A stretch of DNA of 64,000 bases from Acidobacteriota bacterium (GTDB lineage Bacteria; Acidobacteriota; Aminicenantia; Aminicenantales; Saccharicenantaceae), in contig JAKPXU010000148.1 of the NCBI GenBank assembly GCA_029571905.1, positions 18,225-82,224 of the forward strand. Direction: 5' to 3'. Of the stretch, positions 41,818 to 51,370 are shown piece by piece; positions within the stretch are counted from its first letter, which is position 1, and each line of letters opens with the position of its first letter. The position numbers and the translations under genes are program-made. The notes below the pieces were generated by a model that made no database searches, had not been told where the DNA came from, and worked only from the letters and a program-made list of their open reading frames with translations.

Positions 41818-44800
41818 ACATTTCTGAATTCTCGGTCAAGCGCAAAGTCACGGCCTCGATGATCGTTTTGATCATCGTGGTCTTTGGCCTCATTTCGGTG
41901 ACCAGACTCGGTCTGGATTTGATGCCAGACCTCGAATTTCCAACTGTATCAATTATTACCACTTATCGCGGAGCTTCTTCTGAAGATATTGAAGCAACCA
42001 TAACGGAAAATATCGAGCAATGGATAAGTTCAGTTAAGGATGTCAAAAAGATAACTTCCACCAGCTCAGAAGGTGTCTCGGCGATCAGGGTCGAATTTGA
42101 GTGGGGAACCAATGTTGATTTTGCTGCCCAGGACGTTCGGGATCAGTTAGGACTATACAGTCAATTTCTTCCGGAAAATGCTGATAGCCCGGTGGTGGTT
42201 AAATTTGATGTGTCCCAGTTGCCGATCATATTTTATGGAATAACAGCCAACGGCACCATGTCCACCTATCGTCTGAAGAAGCTGATCGAAGATGAAATCA
42301 AACCACGGCTGGAAAGGATCGATGGTGTTGCTTCGGCTCTGGTCTACTCAAGTGATGACCGGGAAATCAGGGTAGAAGTTAATAAAAATGCTATGGTTGC
42401 TCGCAACCTGTCTTTAAATCAGGTGATGATGGCTCTGGCTGCCGAGAACCTCAACACACCTGCTGGCGACTTAACTGAAGGACATGAATCCCTTATTGTC
42501 AGAGCAGTCGGTGAGTTCAAAAGCCTTGAGGATATTGAGAATGTGGTTGTCGGTTTGTCTCAGCGAGGTGAACCAATTTATATAAAAGATATTGCTCAGG
42601 TCAAAGATACTTTTAAAGAAACCCATACGGTAGGCCGTATCCAAGGAGAAAGAGGAGTCTTCCTGATTGTTAATAAAAGATCAGGAGCTAACGTGGCCGC
42701 AGTGGGCAAAAAGGTCAAGGAAGAAGTGGCCAGGTTAGCTGGAAATTTACCTCAAGGAATCAGATTTACCTCAGTTATGGATCAGGATGATATGGTCAGA
42801 CGGGTGACCAGCAATACAGGCAATACTGCCTGGCAGGGAGGACTGCTGGCTGCTCTCTTAATCTTTTTATTTCTGCGCAACTGGCGACCGACTCTTATTA
42901 TCTCTTTGTCCATACCTCTTTCTGTCATTACGACTTTTATTGGCCTGTACTTTGCCGGTTATACTTTTAATATCATGACCCTGGCCGGGCTGGCTTTAGG
43001 TGTTGGTATGCTGGTGGATAATTCAATTGTGGTCATAGAGAATACCTTCAGGCATCTGGAACAGGGAGAACCAGTCGAACAGGCTTCAGTGGTTGGCGCG
43101 TCAGAAGTAGGTATGGCTATAACCGCTTCTACTTTGACTACCGTCATTGTCTTTTTGCCCATTGTCTTCGCCACTGGTATTGTGGCCAAACTGACCACCA
43201 CCATGGCGGTTACGGTGACTATCGCTCTGCTTTCTTCTCTTTTTGTAGCCCTCACCATCGTTCCTCTTTTTTCCTCTATCTTTTACCGTGGTAGGGGCAG
43301 CGAGATGGTCAATAGAAATGCCATGAGAGAGGCCAGATTCGAAGGAGGGCGTCGTATATATCGGAAGTTGCTGACCGATGTTCTGAAAAAAAGAAAATAT
43401 GTTCTGGGTGGGGTCATAGCGCTTTTTGTTATTTCTGTGGCGATTATTCCTTTTATGAAGACTGAATTTCTGCCTGAATCGGACCAGCAATCAATTTTGC
43501 TCAAGGTGACGCTGCCAGTGGGCACAGCTATCGAGGAAACCGATCGGGTCATCAGCCAGGCCGAAAAGCTGTTCCTGCAGCAACCTGAAGTGCTGGTAGT
43601 CTCGGTTCAGGCCGGTTCTTCAGCCGAGCAAAATCGGATGGGAGCTGGCGGCAGGATGAGTTTAAGCGGCCAACATGAAGGTTTGATAATTGTCAGACTT
43701 GTTCCCAAAGAAGAACGAAAATTTTCTGATAAAGAGATACTGGAAAGAGTCAGAAAGTCACTACCTTCTCTGACCAATGTCAAGTTTGAACAGATCAATA
43801 TGGCTTCCAGTGCCATTACCGGAGCAGCTGCTCCAGTTGAGATCAAGATTTTTGGCCAGGACTTCAACCTTCTAAAACAGCTGGCTGACAGTATCGTGTA
43901 TAAAATAAGAGACGTAGAAGGGCTGCGTGATGTAACTCACGTTCTAACTGAAGGTAATCCCGAGCATCAATTCATTCTTGACCGGGAAAGGGCGTCAAGA
44001 TTGGGCCTGTCCATAGGCCAGATCTCAGATCTTGTTCTGACCGGTACTCAGGGAAAAGTTGTCAATAGATACCGCGATGGGAAAGACGAGATTGATATAA
44101 GGTTGATTTTAGCTGAAGAGTATCGTGAGTCTCTGGATGAAATTAAGACCTTGCCTTTATCATCAGCCACCGGCAAAACCATTTATCTCAGCCAGGTATC
44201 AGACTGGGAGCGCGGTATCGGTCCCCTGAAGATTACGAGAGAAAACCAGCTGCGCGAGGTTTCGGTAACTGCCAATATTATTGGTCGGGACCTGGGAAGC
44301 GTTATGAAAGATATCAAGGAGAGATTAGCTGGTTTTGAGCAACAACTGCCAGAAGGCTACTTTATTGAGTACGGTGGAGACTATGAAGAAATGGTTGACA
44401 CCTTTAAAATTCTGCTGGCTGCTTTAGCTGTAGCTGTTCTTTTAATTTATATGGTCATGGCTGCCCAGTTCGAACATTTCCTTCACCCGTTTATTGTCAT
44501 GTTTACCTTACCTTTAGCCCTGATCGGTGTAGTCCTCAGCCTGCTTATTGCCGGTCAGTCTATCAGCCTGGTCTCTCTGGTCGGAGTGATAATCCTGGCC
44601 GGGGTGGCGGTTAACAACGGAATCGTTATGATTGACTATATAAATCAACTAATCAGAAGGGGTGTTGAAAAGAGGAGAGCAGTTATTGAAGGAGCAGTTG
44701 CCAGGTTGCGGCCGGTTTTACTGACGGCTTTGACCACTATTCTCGGCGTTATCCCTATGGCTGTATCGAGATCCTCTGGCTCAGAAATCAGATCGCCTAT

Positions 44801-44933
44801 GGGCGTGGTTATGCTGGGGGGCTTGACCGTTTGTACATTTCTGACTCTGTTTATTATCCCGATTTTGTACAGCCTGTTTAATAAAATTTCCTTTAAGGAT
44901 TATGTTCCAAAAGATGAAGACCGCTTAGTATAA
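41814..44933 (+). CDS. RND efflux transporter permease (AcrB/HAE1-like)
   Basis: 1039 aa with 12 TM helices and two large periplasmic loops. Confidence 0.93.
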   Translation: MNISEFSVKRKVTASMIVLIIVVFGLISVTRLGLDLMPDLEFPTVSIITTYRGASSEDIEATITENIEQWISSVKDVKKITSTSSEGVSAIRVEFEWGTNVDFAAQDVRDQLGLYSQFLPENADSPVVVKFDVSQLPIIFYGITANGTMSTYRLKKLIEDEIKPRLERIDGVASALVYSSDDREIRVEVNKNAMVARNLSLNQVMMALAAENLNTPAGDLTEGHESLIVRAVGEFKSLEDIENVVVGLSQRGEPIYIKDIAQVKDTFKETHTVGRIQGERGVFLIVNKRSGANVAAVGKKVKEEVARLAGNLPQGIRFTSVMDQDDMVRRVTSNTGNTAWQGGLLAALLIFLFLRNWRPTLIISLSIPLSVITTFIGLYFAGYTFNIMTLAGLALGVGMLVDNSIVVIENTFRHLEQGEPVEQASVVGASEVGMAITASTLTTVIVFLPIVFATGIVAKLTTTMAVTVTIALLSSLFVALTIVPLFSSIFYRGRGSEMVNRNAMREARFEGGRRIYRKLLTDVLKKRKYVLGGVIALFVISVAIIPFMKTEFLPESDQQSILLKVTLPVGTAIEETDRVISQAEKLFLQQPEVLVVSVQAGSSAEQNRMGAGGRMSLSGQHEGLIIVRLVPKEERKFSDKEILERVRKSLPSLTNVKFEQINMASSAITGAAAPVEIKIFGQDFNLLKQLADSIVYKIRDVEGLRDVTHVLTEGNPEHQFILDRERASRLGLSIGQISDLVLTGTQGKVVNRYRDGKDEIDIRLILAEEYRESLDEIKTLPLSSATGKTIYLSQVSDWERGIGPLKITRENQLREVSVTANIIGRDLGSVMKDIKERLAGFEQQLPEGYFIEYGGDYEEMVDTFKILLAALAVAVLLIYMVMAAQFEHFLHPFIVMFTLPLALIGVVLSLLIAGQSISLVSLVGVIILAGVAVNNGIVMIDYINQLIRRGVEKRRAVIEGAVARLRPVLLTALTTILGVIPMAVSRSSGSEIRSPMGVVMLGGLTVCTFLTLFIIPILYSLFNKISFKDYVPKDEDRLV

Positions 44934-44955
44934 GTTAAATTCCAGATGATACTCA

Positions 44956-44988
44956 GGGGACAGCCGGGCGGCTGTCCCCTCTTTTTTT
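44956..44988 (+). terminator. Intrinsic terminator after the RND operon
   Basis: GGGGACAGCC-GGGC-GGCTGTCCCC hairpin followed by TCTTTTTTT. Confidence 0.7.
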
Positions 44989-45179
44989 GATTTACCTCCT
45001 AGATCCTGGCCAATCGGTTTGATTTTTTCTTACACACTCTTTCATTTTTCCGATTCCCTTTCCGATCCCATTTTAACTCCTGGTAAAATACCTGCTAATC
45101 TGGAGGAACGGAATTAAAAGTTTGCTTGAAAGCCAAAAATTTATTATGCTTATTCTGACCTGACTCAGAGGAGGACGGG

Positions 45180-47423
45180 GTGAGAAGAGAAGATGCTTTA
45201 AAAAAGTTTTTAAGCTTTTCAATTCTGCTAATTGTTTTGCTTGGTAGCTCCAGTGTCCCGGGGCTGGCTGCTCCCAAAAAAATTATCTATCTGGATGCCT
45301 CTATTTTACCTGAGGGTTCATTAAAAAGATGGCATAATCTGGGCACAATTGGCGGCGATTTTATACCTGTCTTTCGAAGTTTGCCCTCAGTACAGCAGGT
45401 AAGTGGCCAGAAGGCGGTTAATCTAACCGGTCGGGATGTTTTACTCCGGTCAACTTTTGTTCCACCCTCGCACCTTAATGATCAGAAACCATTTACCATT
45501 TTGGCGAAGATTTATTTTAATGAATTAGGTCAGCGCCAGATAATACTTAACTGGTCACAAGAGCCTGAGAATTCAGCTATATTTGGGCTGGGCAAAGGGC
45601 TGGATGCCGCTTTCTATAATTCAGTTAAGAACAGACTGGGATATAAGGGAGGCTTTCCTCTACAAAAAACCTGGCATCTACTGGCCCTGGTTTACGATGG
45701 GCAAAAAATAAGCATCTATGTTGATGGCTGGCTTAACAGCCAGGTTGATGGACCACTGAACATCAAACCCGGCAAATTCATTTATCTGGGCGGACAGGTC
45801 GTCACTGGCTTTCCTCTGCCTTTTGATCCATTCAATGGTTGGCTGGCCTCTCTGGAAGTTCTGGATGAGGCTCTAAGTCCGGTGACCATCTGGAATCTAG
45901 CCGGCCACAATCAGGCCATCCCATTGTATCCGGCGGAGGGAGAGGTTCTTGCCTCGACGTCAGTTAATCTCAGGTGGGAAAAAGGTGATGAGCGGGCGGC
46001 CAGTTTTTCAGTTTTCTTTTCTTCTTCCAGGTCAGAGGTGGAAAGTGGCGAGAGAAAGGCAGCCAAAGGAAATGTCTCTGGAGAAATAAAAAGTTATGAA
46101 CTCAGCGGACTTCAAATTGGCCAGGTTTATTTCTGGCGAGTCGATCAGCTGGATGCCAGAGGAAATTTACTGCAGGCTGGACTGACCAGGAGCTTTTCGA
46201 TTGACAGTGGCTCAGCCAGGAATCCATCTCCCCATAATCTGCACGGCAGCACTCCTTCCGACTTAAAGAGGCTGCAGTGGGAGGCCGGCCCGTGGGCAAC
46301 CTCCCAGGATATTTATTTCAGTTCAGATCTTAAAAAATTAGAAAAGAGCAAACCGGCAGCAAAAGGAATTAAGCCGGGTTCTGACTTTTTTTATCTGCCG
46401 GAAAAAGAACTTGATTATGGCCACAGCTATTACTGGAAAGTGACGACCAAAAATGACCGTCTGCCCGAATCTTCAGGTCAGGTTTGGTCTTTTCGGGTAC
46501 GGGATCAACCCACTGACAAAGACCTGACTTTTTTTGTCGCCTCTGACCTCCATTATGGCGGAACGGTTAATTATCGGAAATTGAACAGGGTGATGGTAGA
46601 GGCTATGAACTCTGTTCCCGGCCAGCTTTATCCTGAAGGTCAGGGGGTGAAAGGCAAAGTTCACACTCCCCGCGGAGTAGTTATTACCGGAGATATAGTT
46701 GATGATGGCTCTGCCCTTGATATAGAAAAGATCTGGCAGGAATACAGCGAGGACTATGGTCTAAATGGTGAAAAACTTCTGGCTTTCCCTATCTACGAAG
46801 GTTTTGGCGAGAGCGATGGTCCTTCTTCTGCACTGGTCAGAACCAACCTGAAAAGACGTAACCGCTTGCGGCCAGATCTCAGAAGTATTTCGGCTGATGG
46901 CCTCCATTATTCCTGGGACTGGGGTCAGGTCCACTTTGTTCAGCTGAACCTTTATCCAGGCAGTGTGGGCGAAGAATATCTGAATATCTGGAGAAGAAGG
47001 GTCAGTGGCGATGCCCGCTATCCGAAGCACAGTCTGGAATTTTTAATTGACGATCTGAGGCGAAATGTCGGCAACAGCGGACGACCGGTAATTCTGTTTC
47101 AACATTATGGCTTCGATTCCTGGAGTGAAGCTTTCTGGACAGAGAGGGAAAGGAATGCTTTCCTTCAGGCTATTCAACCCTATAATATAATTGCGATTTT
47201 CTGGGGGCATTCAGAAGTTCCTCAGGGTTTTAGCTGGAATGGCATCAAGACCTGGTGTGCCGGAACGACCAATCATGATCCTGATCCTGGAGAATTTCTG
47301 GTAGTGAAGATTACTACCGGCCGAAAAAGTGGCCAGCTAGTGGTGGCTACCAGGAAAGTAGACGGCTGGGGTTCGGTGGATAAGATAACTTTTCCCCTTA
47401 AAAAAACCGCCCAAAAAAGATAG
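45180..47423 (+). CDS. Secreted multidomain protein: LamG-like lectin domain, two FN3-like domains, calcineurin-like metallophosphoesterase
   Basis: Signal peptide (possible GTG start), a LamG/ConA-like segment, FN3-like segments as in purple acid phosphatases, and phosphoesterase motifs (FFVASDLHYGG, ITGDIVDDG, FWGHSE). Confidence 0.68.
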   Translation: MRREDALKKFLSFSILLIVLLGSSSVPGLAAPKKIIYLDASILPEGSLKRWHNLGTIGGDFIPVFRSLPSVQQVSGQKAVNLTGRDVLLRSTFVPPSHLNDQKPFTILAKIYFNELGQRQIILNWSQEPENSAIFGLGKGLDAAFYNSVKNRLGYKGGFPLQKTWHLLALVYDGQKISIYVDGWLNSQVDGPLNIKPGKFIYLGGQVVTGFPLPFDPFNGWLASLEVLDEALSPVTIWNLAGHNQAIPLYPAEGEVLASTSVNLRWEKGDERAASFSVFFSSSRSEVESGERKAAKGNVSGEIKSYELSGLQIGQVYFWRVDQLDARGNLLQAGLTRSFSIDSGSARNPSPHNLHGSTPSDLKRLQWEAGPWATSQDIYFSSDLKKLEKSKPAAKGIKPGSDFFYLPEKELDYGHSYYWKVTTKNDRLPESSGQVWSFRVRDQPTDKDLTFFVASDLHYGGTVNYRKLNRVMVEAMNSVPGQLYPEGQGVKGKVHTPRGVVITGDIVDDGSALDIEKIWQEYSEDYGLNGEKLLAFPIYEGFGESDGPSSALVRTNLKRRNRLRPDLRSISADGLHYSWDWGQVHFVQLNLYPGSVGEEYLNIWRRRVSGDARYPKHSLEFLIDDLRRNVGNSGRPVILFQHYGFDSWSEAFWTERERNAFLQAIQPYNIIAIFWGHSEVPQGFSWNGIKTWCAGTTNHDPDPGEFLVVKITTGRKSGQLVVATRKVDGWGSVDKITFPLKKTAQKR

Positions 47424-47449
47424 ATTTTTAAACTTTCTAAATTTTCTGG

Positions 47450-48601
47450 CTAACTGGTTATCTTGTATTTTAAAAAGGCGCCTATATTCCCATAGCGTTT
47501 CAATCTGGTTGGAGGAGTGGTATGGTAGACAGGCATGCCTCTGGTAAAGGCGACTTCGACCGCTTCATCAACAATATCAGCCACTGGCTCAGTTTTAGCC
47601 TGGCAGAGGAGACAGATTTCTTCATTAAGATACACACTATGGCACTTAGGACAAACCCTGCCTGGATGAGAAAAATTATGGGTGATGAGCAATGCTTGGG
47701 CTTCAAATGAATTTATTTTACGCAGCGTGTCAGCCAGCCCGGCTATGGCCAGTCCACCTCGCTCCAGCTCATCAATAAATTTCCCGACCAGTTCTTCTTC
47801 CTCTGCTCTTTTCAGCTGTTCTTCAAACTCCGAACATTCTTTAAGTATTTTCGATTCGGGAGTGTCTATCCTGGCTTTAATTCTCCCTTTGAGTCTTTCC
47901 CTGACATAGGAGTGAAATAGAGATTCAAGCTGCGAATAAAACTCATCATCGCAGCCAACCAGCAGCCAATCAAATTGGTTGTGTTTGAGCAGTTCAAATG
48001 TTTTTTCTGCCGACTTTTTGAAATGTTCGAGAAGATGAGCTTCAATGTGTCTTTCTATTTTCTTTGATTCATAGCCTTCAAAACCACCTTTTTTGACCTG
48101 TTTGGGGACATTACTCTCCAGACTATCAATGAGCTTTATTTCCCCGAGGTAAACCTCGTACCATTTAGCTTCCTTCCTATTAATCAAAAGCACGCACATC
48201 TTTTTAAATCTTTCCAGGACAGCGGTTAACGGCCTGGTATAAAAATCGAAGTCCATTATTATCCGGTTGCGCGGGCCATGCGGTAGTTCCATGTCCAGCC
48301 AGTAATTGAGACCGGAACAGGAAAAGATAGCCAGCCCCGGTGATTTTAACGGGCTGAGTTTTTTCTGACAGAATTGAGAGATTTTTTCCAGGTCGGACTG
48401 AAGGGAATTTTTTATTTCAGGAGAGAGGTTTTTCTCCTCAAGTTGTTTTTTGGCTTGATTGATCAGGGCTTTGCTGGCAGCATTAATAGCTTTGAGTGTT
48501 TGCTGACTCTTATCGGTATTCAGATAAAAACTAGTTGCCTGATAGGGGTGAGTTTTAAAACGCGCCAACTCTTCGATTTGGGAAGAACTGGATAATTTCA
48601 T
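47450..48601 (-). CDS. Bacterial eRF1-family (aeRF1/Pelota-like) protein with Zn-ribbon insert; GGQ replaced by GGF
   Basis: 383 aa. Domains 2-3 are colinear with eukaryotic eRF1 from memory (CVLLINRKEAKWY vs FIVIDGSGALFG; KKGGFEGY vs GRGGQSAL; GNIGAFLKY vs GGIGGILRY), with a CPKCH...CLLCQ ribbon inserted in domain 3. Confidence 0.62.
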   Translation of the reverse strand: MKLSSSSQIEELARFKTHPYQATSFYLNTDKSQQTLKAINAASKALINQAKKQLEEKNLSPEIKNSLQSDLEKISQFCQKKLSPLKSPGLAIFSCSGLNYWLDMELPHGPRNRIIMDFDFYTRPLTAVLERFKKMCVLLINRKEAKWYEVYLGEIKLIDSLESNVPKQVKKGGFEGYESKKIERHIEAHLLEHFKKSAEKTFELLKHNQFDWLLVGCDDEFYSQLESLFHSYVRERLKGRIKARIDTPESKILKECSEFEEQLKRAEEEELVGKFIDELERGGLAIAGLADTLRKINSFEAQALLITHNFSHPGRVCPKCHSVYLNEEICLLCQAKTEPVADIVDEAVEVAFTRGMPVYHTTPPTRLKRYGNIGAFLKYKITS

Positions 48602-48880
48602 GGTTTACCTCCTCCTATAAATTAAAAATCAGGATCTAATTACTGAATATTGTTTTGAGGGACAAGTTGCTATTAAAGCCACTAAATTTAAATTAGTATT
48701 ACAACTGACTTTTGTCAAGTTCGTGTATCTGATCAAAGACAGTTCGATTACTTTTGGCCTGATTTACCTCGACAGGTTCATCAGCCTCAGCCTTGAAAAA
48801 GGCTCTGATTCTGCAATTTCTCTCCTTTACAGTGCTGCTAGAAATCTATATAATTATTTTGATTTGATCATAAGCCGGTT

Positions 48881-48967
48881 GCGGAAGTGGCGGAATCGGT
48901 AGACGCGTAAGCCTCAGGAGTTTATGGCCGAAAGGCTGTGTGGGTTCGAGTCCCACCTTCCGCACCA
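48881..48967 (+). tRNA. tRNA-Leu (CAG)
   Basis: 87 nt. The acceptor GCGGAAG pairs with CTTCCGC, the anticodon loop is CTCAGGA, there is a long variable arm, and CCA is encoded. Confidence 0.88.
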
Positions 48968-48978
48968 ACCTTTTACCC

Positions 48979-50349
48979 ATGTTCTCTCGTAAGCACCTTC
49001 TACTGTTAAATCCCTGGGCCTACGATTTTACTGCCTGTGATTTCTGGTTAAGACCTCTTGGCCTTCTCTATCTGGCGGCCATCGTCAGACAATACACTGA
49101 TTATGAACTGGACTTTATTGACTGCCTGGACAGCAGTCAGATAGAATCCGGCTATTATTTTAGGCCGAAGAACCGGACAGATGGTCGCAGCTCATTTTTT
49201 AAGGAAGAAGTGACAAAACCGGAGATTTTTCGTCATATTCCAAGAAAATATTCTCGTTACGGTTGGCCTTATGCTCAGGTAGAATCAAGGCTGGAGAAGA
49301 TCCCTGCGCCGGCGGCTGTCCTCATAACCTGTACTCTGACTTACTGGTATCCAGGGGTTCAGGCGGCGGTAGAGCTGGTACGCAAAAAATTTGGCAATAT
49401 CCCGATAATTCTGGGAGGTGTCTACGCCACTCTCTGTCCCGAACATGCTCAATCGCAGTCTGGAGCTGATCTGATTTTAACCGGTCCCGGTGAGAATCAA
49501 ATTCTCCGTATTCTGCAGGAAATAGATGGGAAGGATCAATTTAAATCAAAGAATGAATTGCCTGTCTTTCCGGACTTTGATTCGTTACCTTCTCCGGCCT
49601 ATGAGCTGAGTCACAATACTTCAGTTCTGGCTCTTCTTACCTCTCGGGGCTGTCCATTTCACTGCAGTTATTGTGCCAGCCGGCTGCTTTACCAGCGGTT
49701 TGAACAGAGACAGCCAGAGAAAGTAGCCGCCGAGATCGAGTATTTCCGGCAGAATCTTGGGACAGAACAGATCGCTTTCTATGATGACGCTCTGCTTATC
49801 AATAAAAACCACCATTTAATAAAAATACTGGAAGCTCTAACGGATTCGAAGGAAAAGTGGCGTTTTCACACTCCTAATGGTCTTCATCCGAGGGAATTTG
49901 ACCGGGAACTGGCCAGATGGCTAAAAATCTCAGGCTTTGACTCTTTATTTCTCAGCCTCGAAACCAGCGACATTAATTTGCTGGCAGAGACAGGAGCCAA
50001 GGTCAGCCCTGAAGATTTAGAACGGGCTCTTGGTTATCTGGAAGGGGCTGGCTTCTGCCGCAGCCAGATATCAGTTTATCTGCTGGTTGGCCTGCCTGGC
50101 CAGGACAAACAACAGGTAGTGGAAAGTATAAGATTTGTCAGAGCGTTGGGGGCCAGGCCAAGGCTGGCCTATTTTTCTCCTGTTCCGGGGACAGCTGATT
50201 GGAAAAAGCTGGTAGATTCGGGTCAGCTCAAGGAGGATTCAGATCCTTTGCTTCAGAATAAGCTGGTTTTCCCTTATTTCTGGAGTCAATTTACCCCGGA
50301 AGATCTGGATGAAATAAAAAAAGAAGCGACCGGGAAAAATATAGGTTGA
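48979..50349 (+). CDS. B12-binding-domain radical SAM protein
   Basis: An N-terminal cobalamin-binding-like domain, then the CPFHCSYCAS radical SAM CxxxCxxC motif. The ORF-track start overlaps the tRNA; the first plausible ATG is at 48979. Confidence 0.78.
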   Translation: MFSRKHLLLLNPWAYDFTACDFWLRPLGLLYLAAIVRQYTDYELDFIDCLDSSQIESGYYFRPKNRTDGRSSFFKEEVTKPEIFRHIPRKYSRYGWPYAQVESRLEKIPAPAAVLITCTLTYWYPGVQAAVELVRKKFGNIPIILGGVYATLCPEHAQSQSGADLILTGPGENQILRILQEIDGKDQFKSKNELPVFPDFDSLPSPAYELSHNTSVLALLTSRGCPFHCSYCASRLLYQRFEQRQPEKVAAEIEYFRQNLGTEQIAFYDDALLINKNHHLIKILEALTDSKEKWRFHTPNGLHPREFDRELARWLKISGFDSLFLSLETSDINLLAETGAKVSPEDLERALGYLEGAGFCRSQISVYLLVGLPGQDKQQVVESIRFVRALGARPRLAYFSPVPGTADWKKLVDSGQLKEDSDPLLQNKLVFPYFWSQFTPEDLDEIKKEATGKNIG

Positions 50350-50403
50350 TTTAAGTTGATTTAATCTAAATTCCGACGTAACTTATTAGCGGAGAAAGGC
50401 TCT

Positions 50404-51354
50404 ATGAAAAGAACAATCTGCTGGCCATTTTTAATTTCTGTTCTGTTGTTTTGTTTCTTTTTGCCGGCTTGCAGCCGATTGGCTAAGCTTGAAAAATCTT
50501 TAAAGCCGGAAGAAGCAGAATGGCTATCAGAGGTCCGATATATAATCACCCCAGAGGAGAGGAAAATATTTCTGGAAATGCCTGAGTCGGAAAGAGCCCA
50601 GTTTATGGAAGATTTCTGGAAACGCCGCGATCCTTTTCCTGATACTGAGGAAAATGAGTATAAAACTGAATATTATCGTCGCATTGAGGAGGCTAACCGG
50701 TTATTTCAGGGCGAGGGACGACCTGGGTGGTTAACTGATCGCGGCCGGATTTTTATTCTGTTTGGACCTCCGACCGATCGACAGACCTTTCCAGTGGAAT
50801 CATCGGGGTTTTGTCGCGAGGTCTGGTATTATGGCAACTTCCCGGTGATTTTCATTGATGAGCATTGCTCGGGGAGTTATATTCTTTCGGCCATCAACCT
50901 CCAGCACTTGCAGGATCTAAACCTGGCTCAAGGTTATTTTCAGGGCAATATTGCCCAGGAAAAGACTTTTTTTGATTATGAACTGAAAGTAGCGAGCCGG
51001 CAAAGAACGAGCGATCGATTAGAACTAAAATTAGTCTTCAAAATAAAATATGATGATATCTGGTTCGAGACTCAAGATGATGCCAGCGTTGAGGTTGGTC
51101 TCCAGATCAAACTCGAGATTAGAGATAAATCAAATCAGATCGTCTGGCAGGGGACAAAAGAGGTCTCAATGACCTATAAAGATGAAGAGGAATTTAATCG
51201 GGTTAAAAAGCGGATGCTGTCGGTTGATATCGATATTACCTGGCCTGATGGACAGTACCAGGTTCCCCCGCCCGGACAGTATTATCTTTATTCTTCGGTG
51301 AGGCAGATCACCTCTGAAGTTGAAATTAAAAAGGTTAAAGAAATCAGCCTCTAA
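50404..51354 (+). CDS. GWxTD-domain protein (secreted/lipoprotein)
   Basis: Signal peptide with a Cys lipobox (FLPACS) and the GWLTDRGRIFILFGPP signature of the GWxTD family. Confidence 0.72.
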   Translation: MKRTICWPFLISVLLFCFFLPACSRLAKLEKSLKPEEAEWLSEVRYIITPEERKIFLEMPESERAQFMEDFWKRRDPFPDTEENEYKTEYYRRIEEANRLFQGEGRPGWLTDRGRIFILFGPPTDRQTFPVESSGFCREVWYYGNFPVIFIDEHCSGSYILSAINLQHLQDLNLAQGYFQGNIAQEKTFFDYELKVASRQRTSDRLELKLVFKIKYDDIWFETQDDASVEVGLQIKLEIRDKSNQIVWQGTKEVSMTYKDEEEFNRVKKRMLSVDIDITWPDGQYQVPPPGQYYLYSSVRQITSEVEIKKVKEISL

Positions 51355-51370
51355 AAACTGAAGCTCACGG

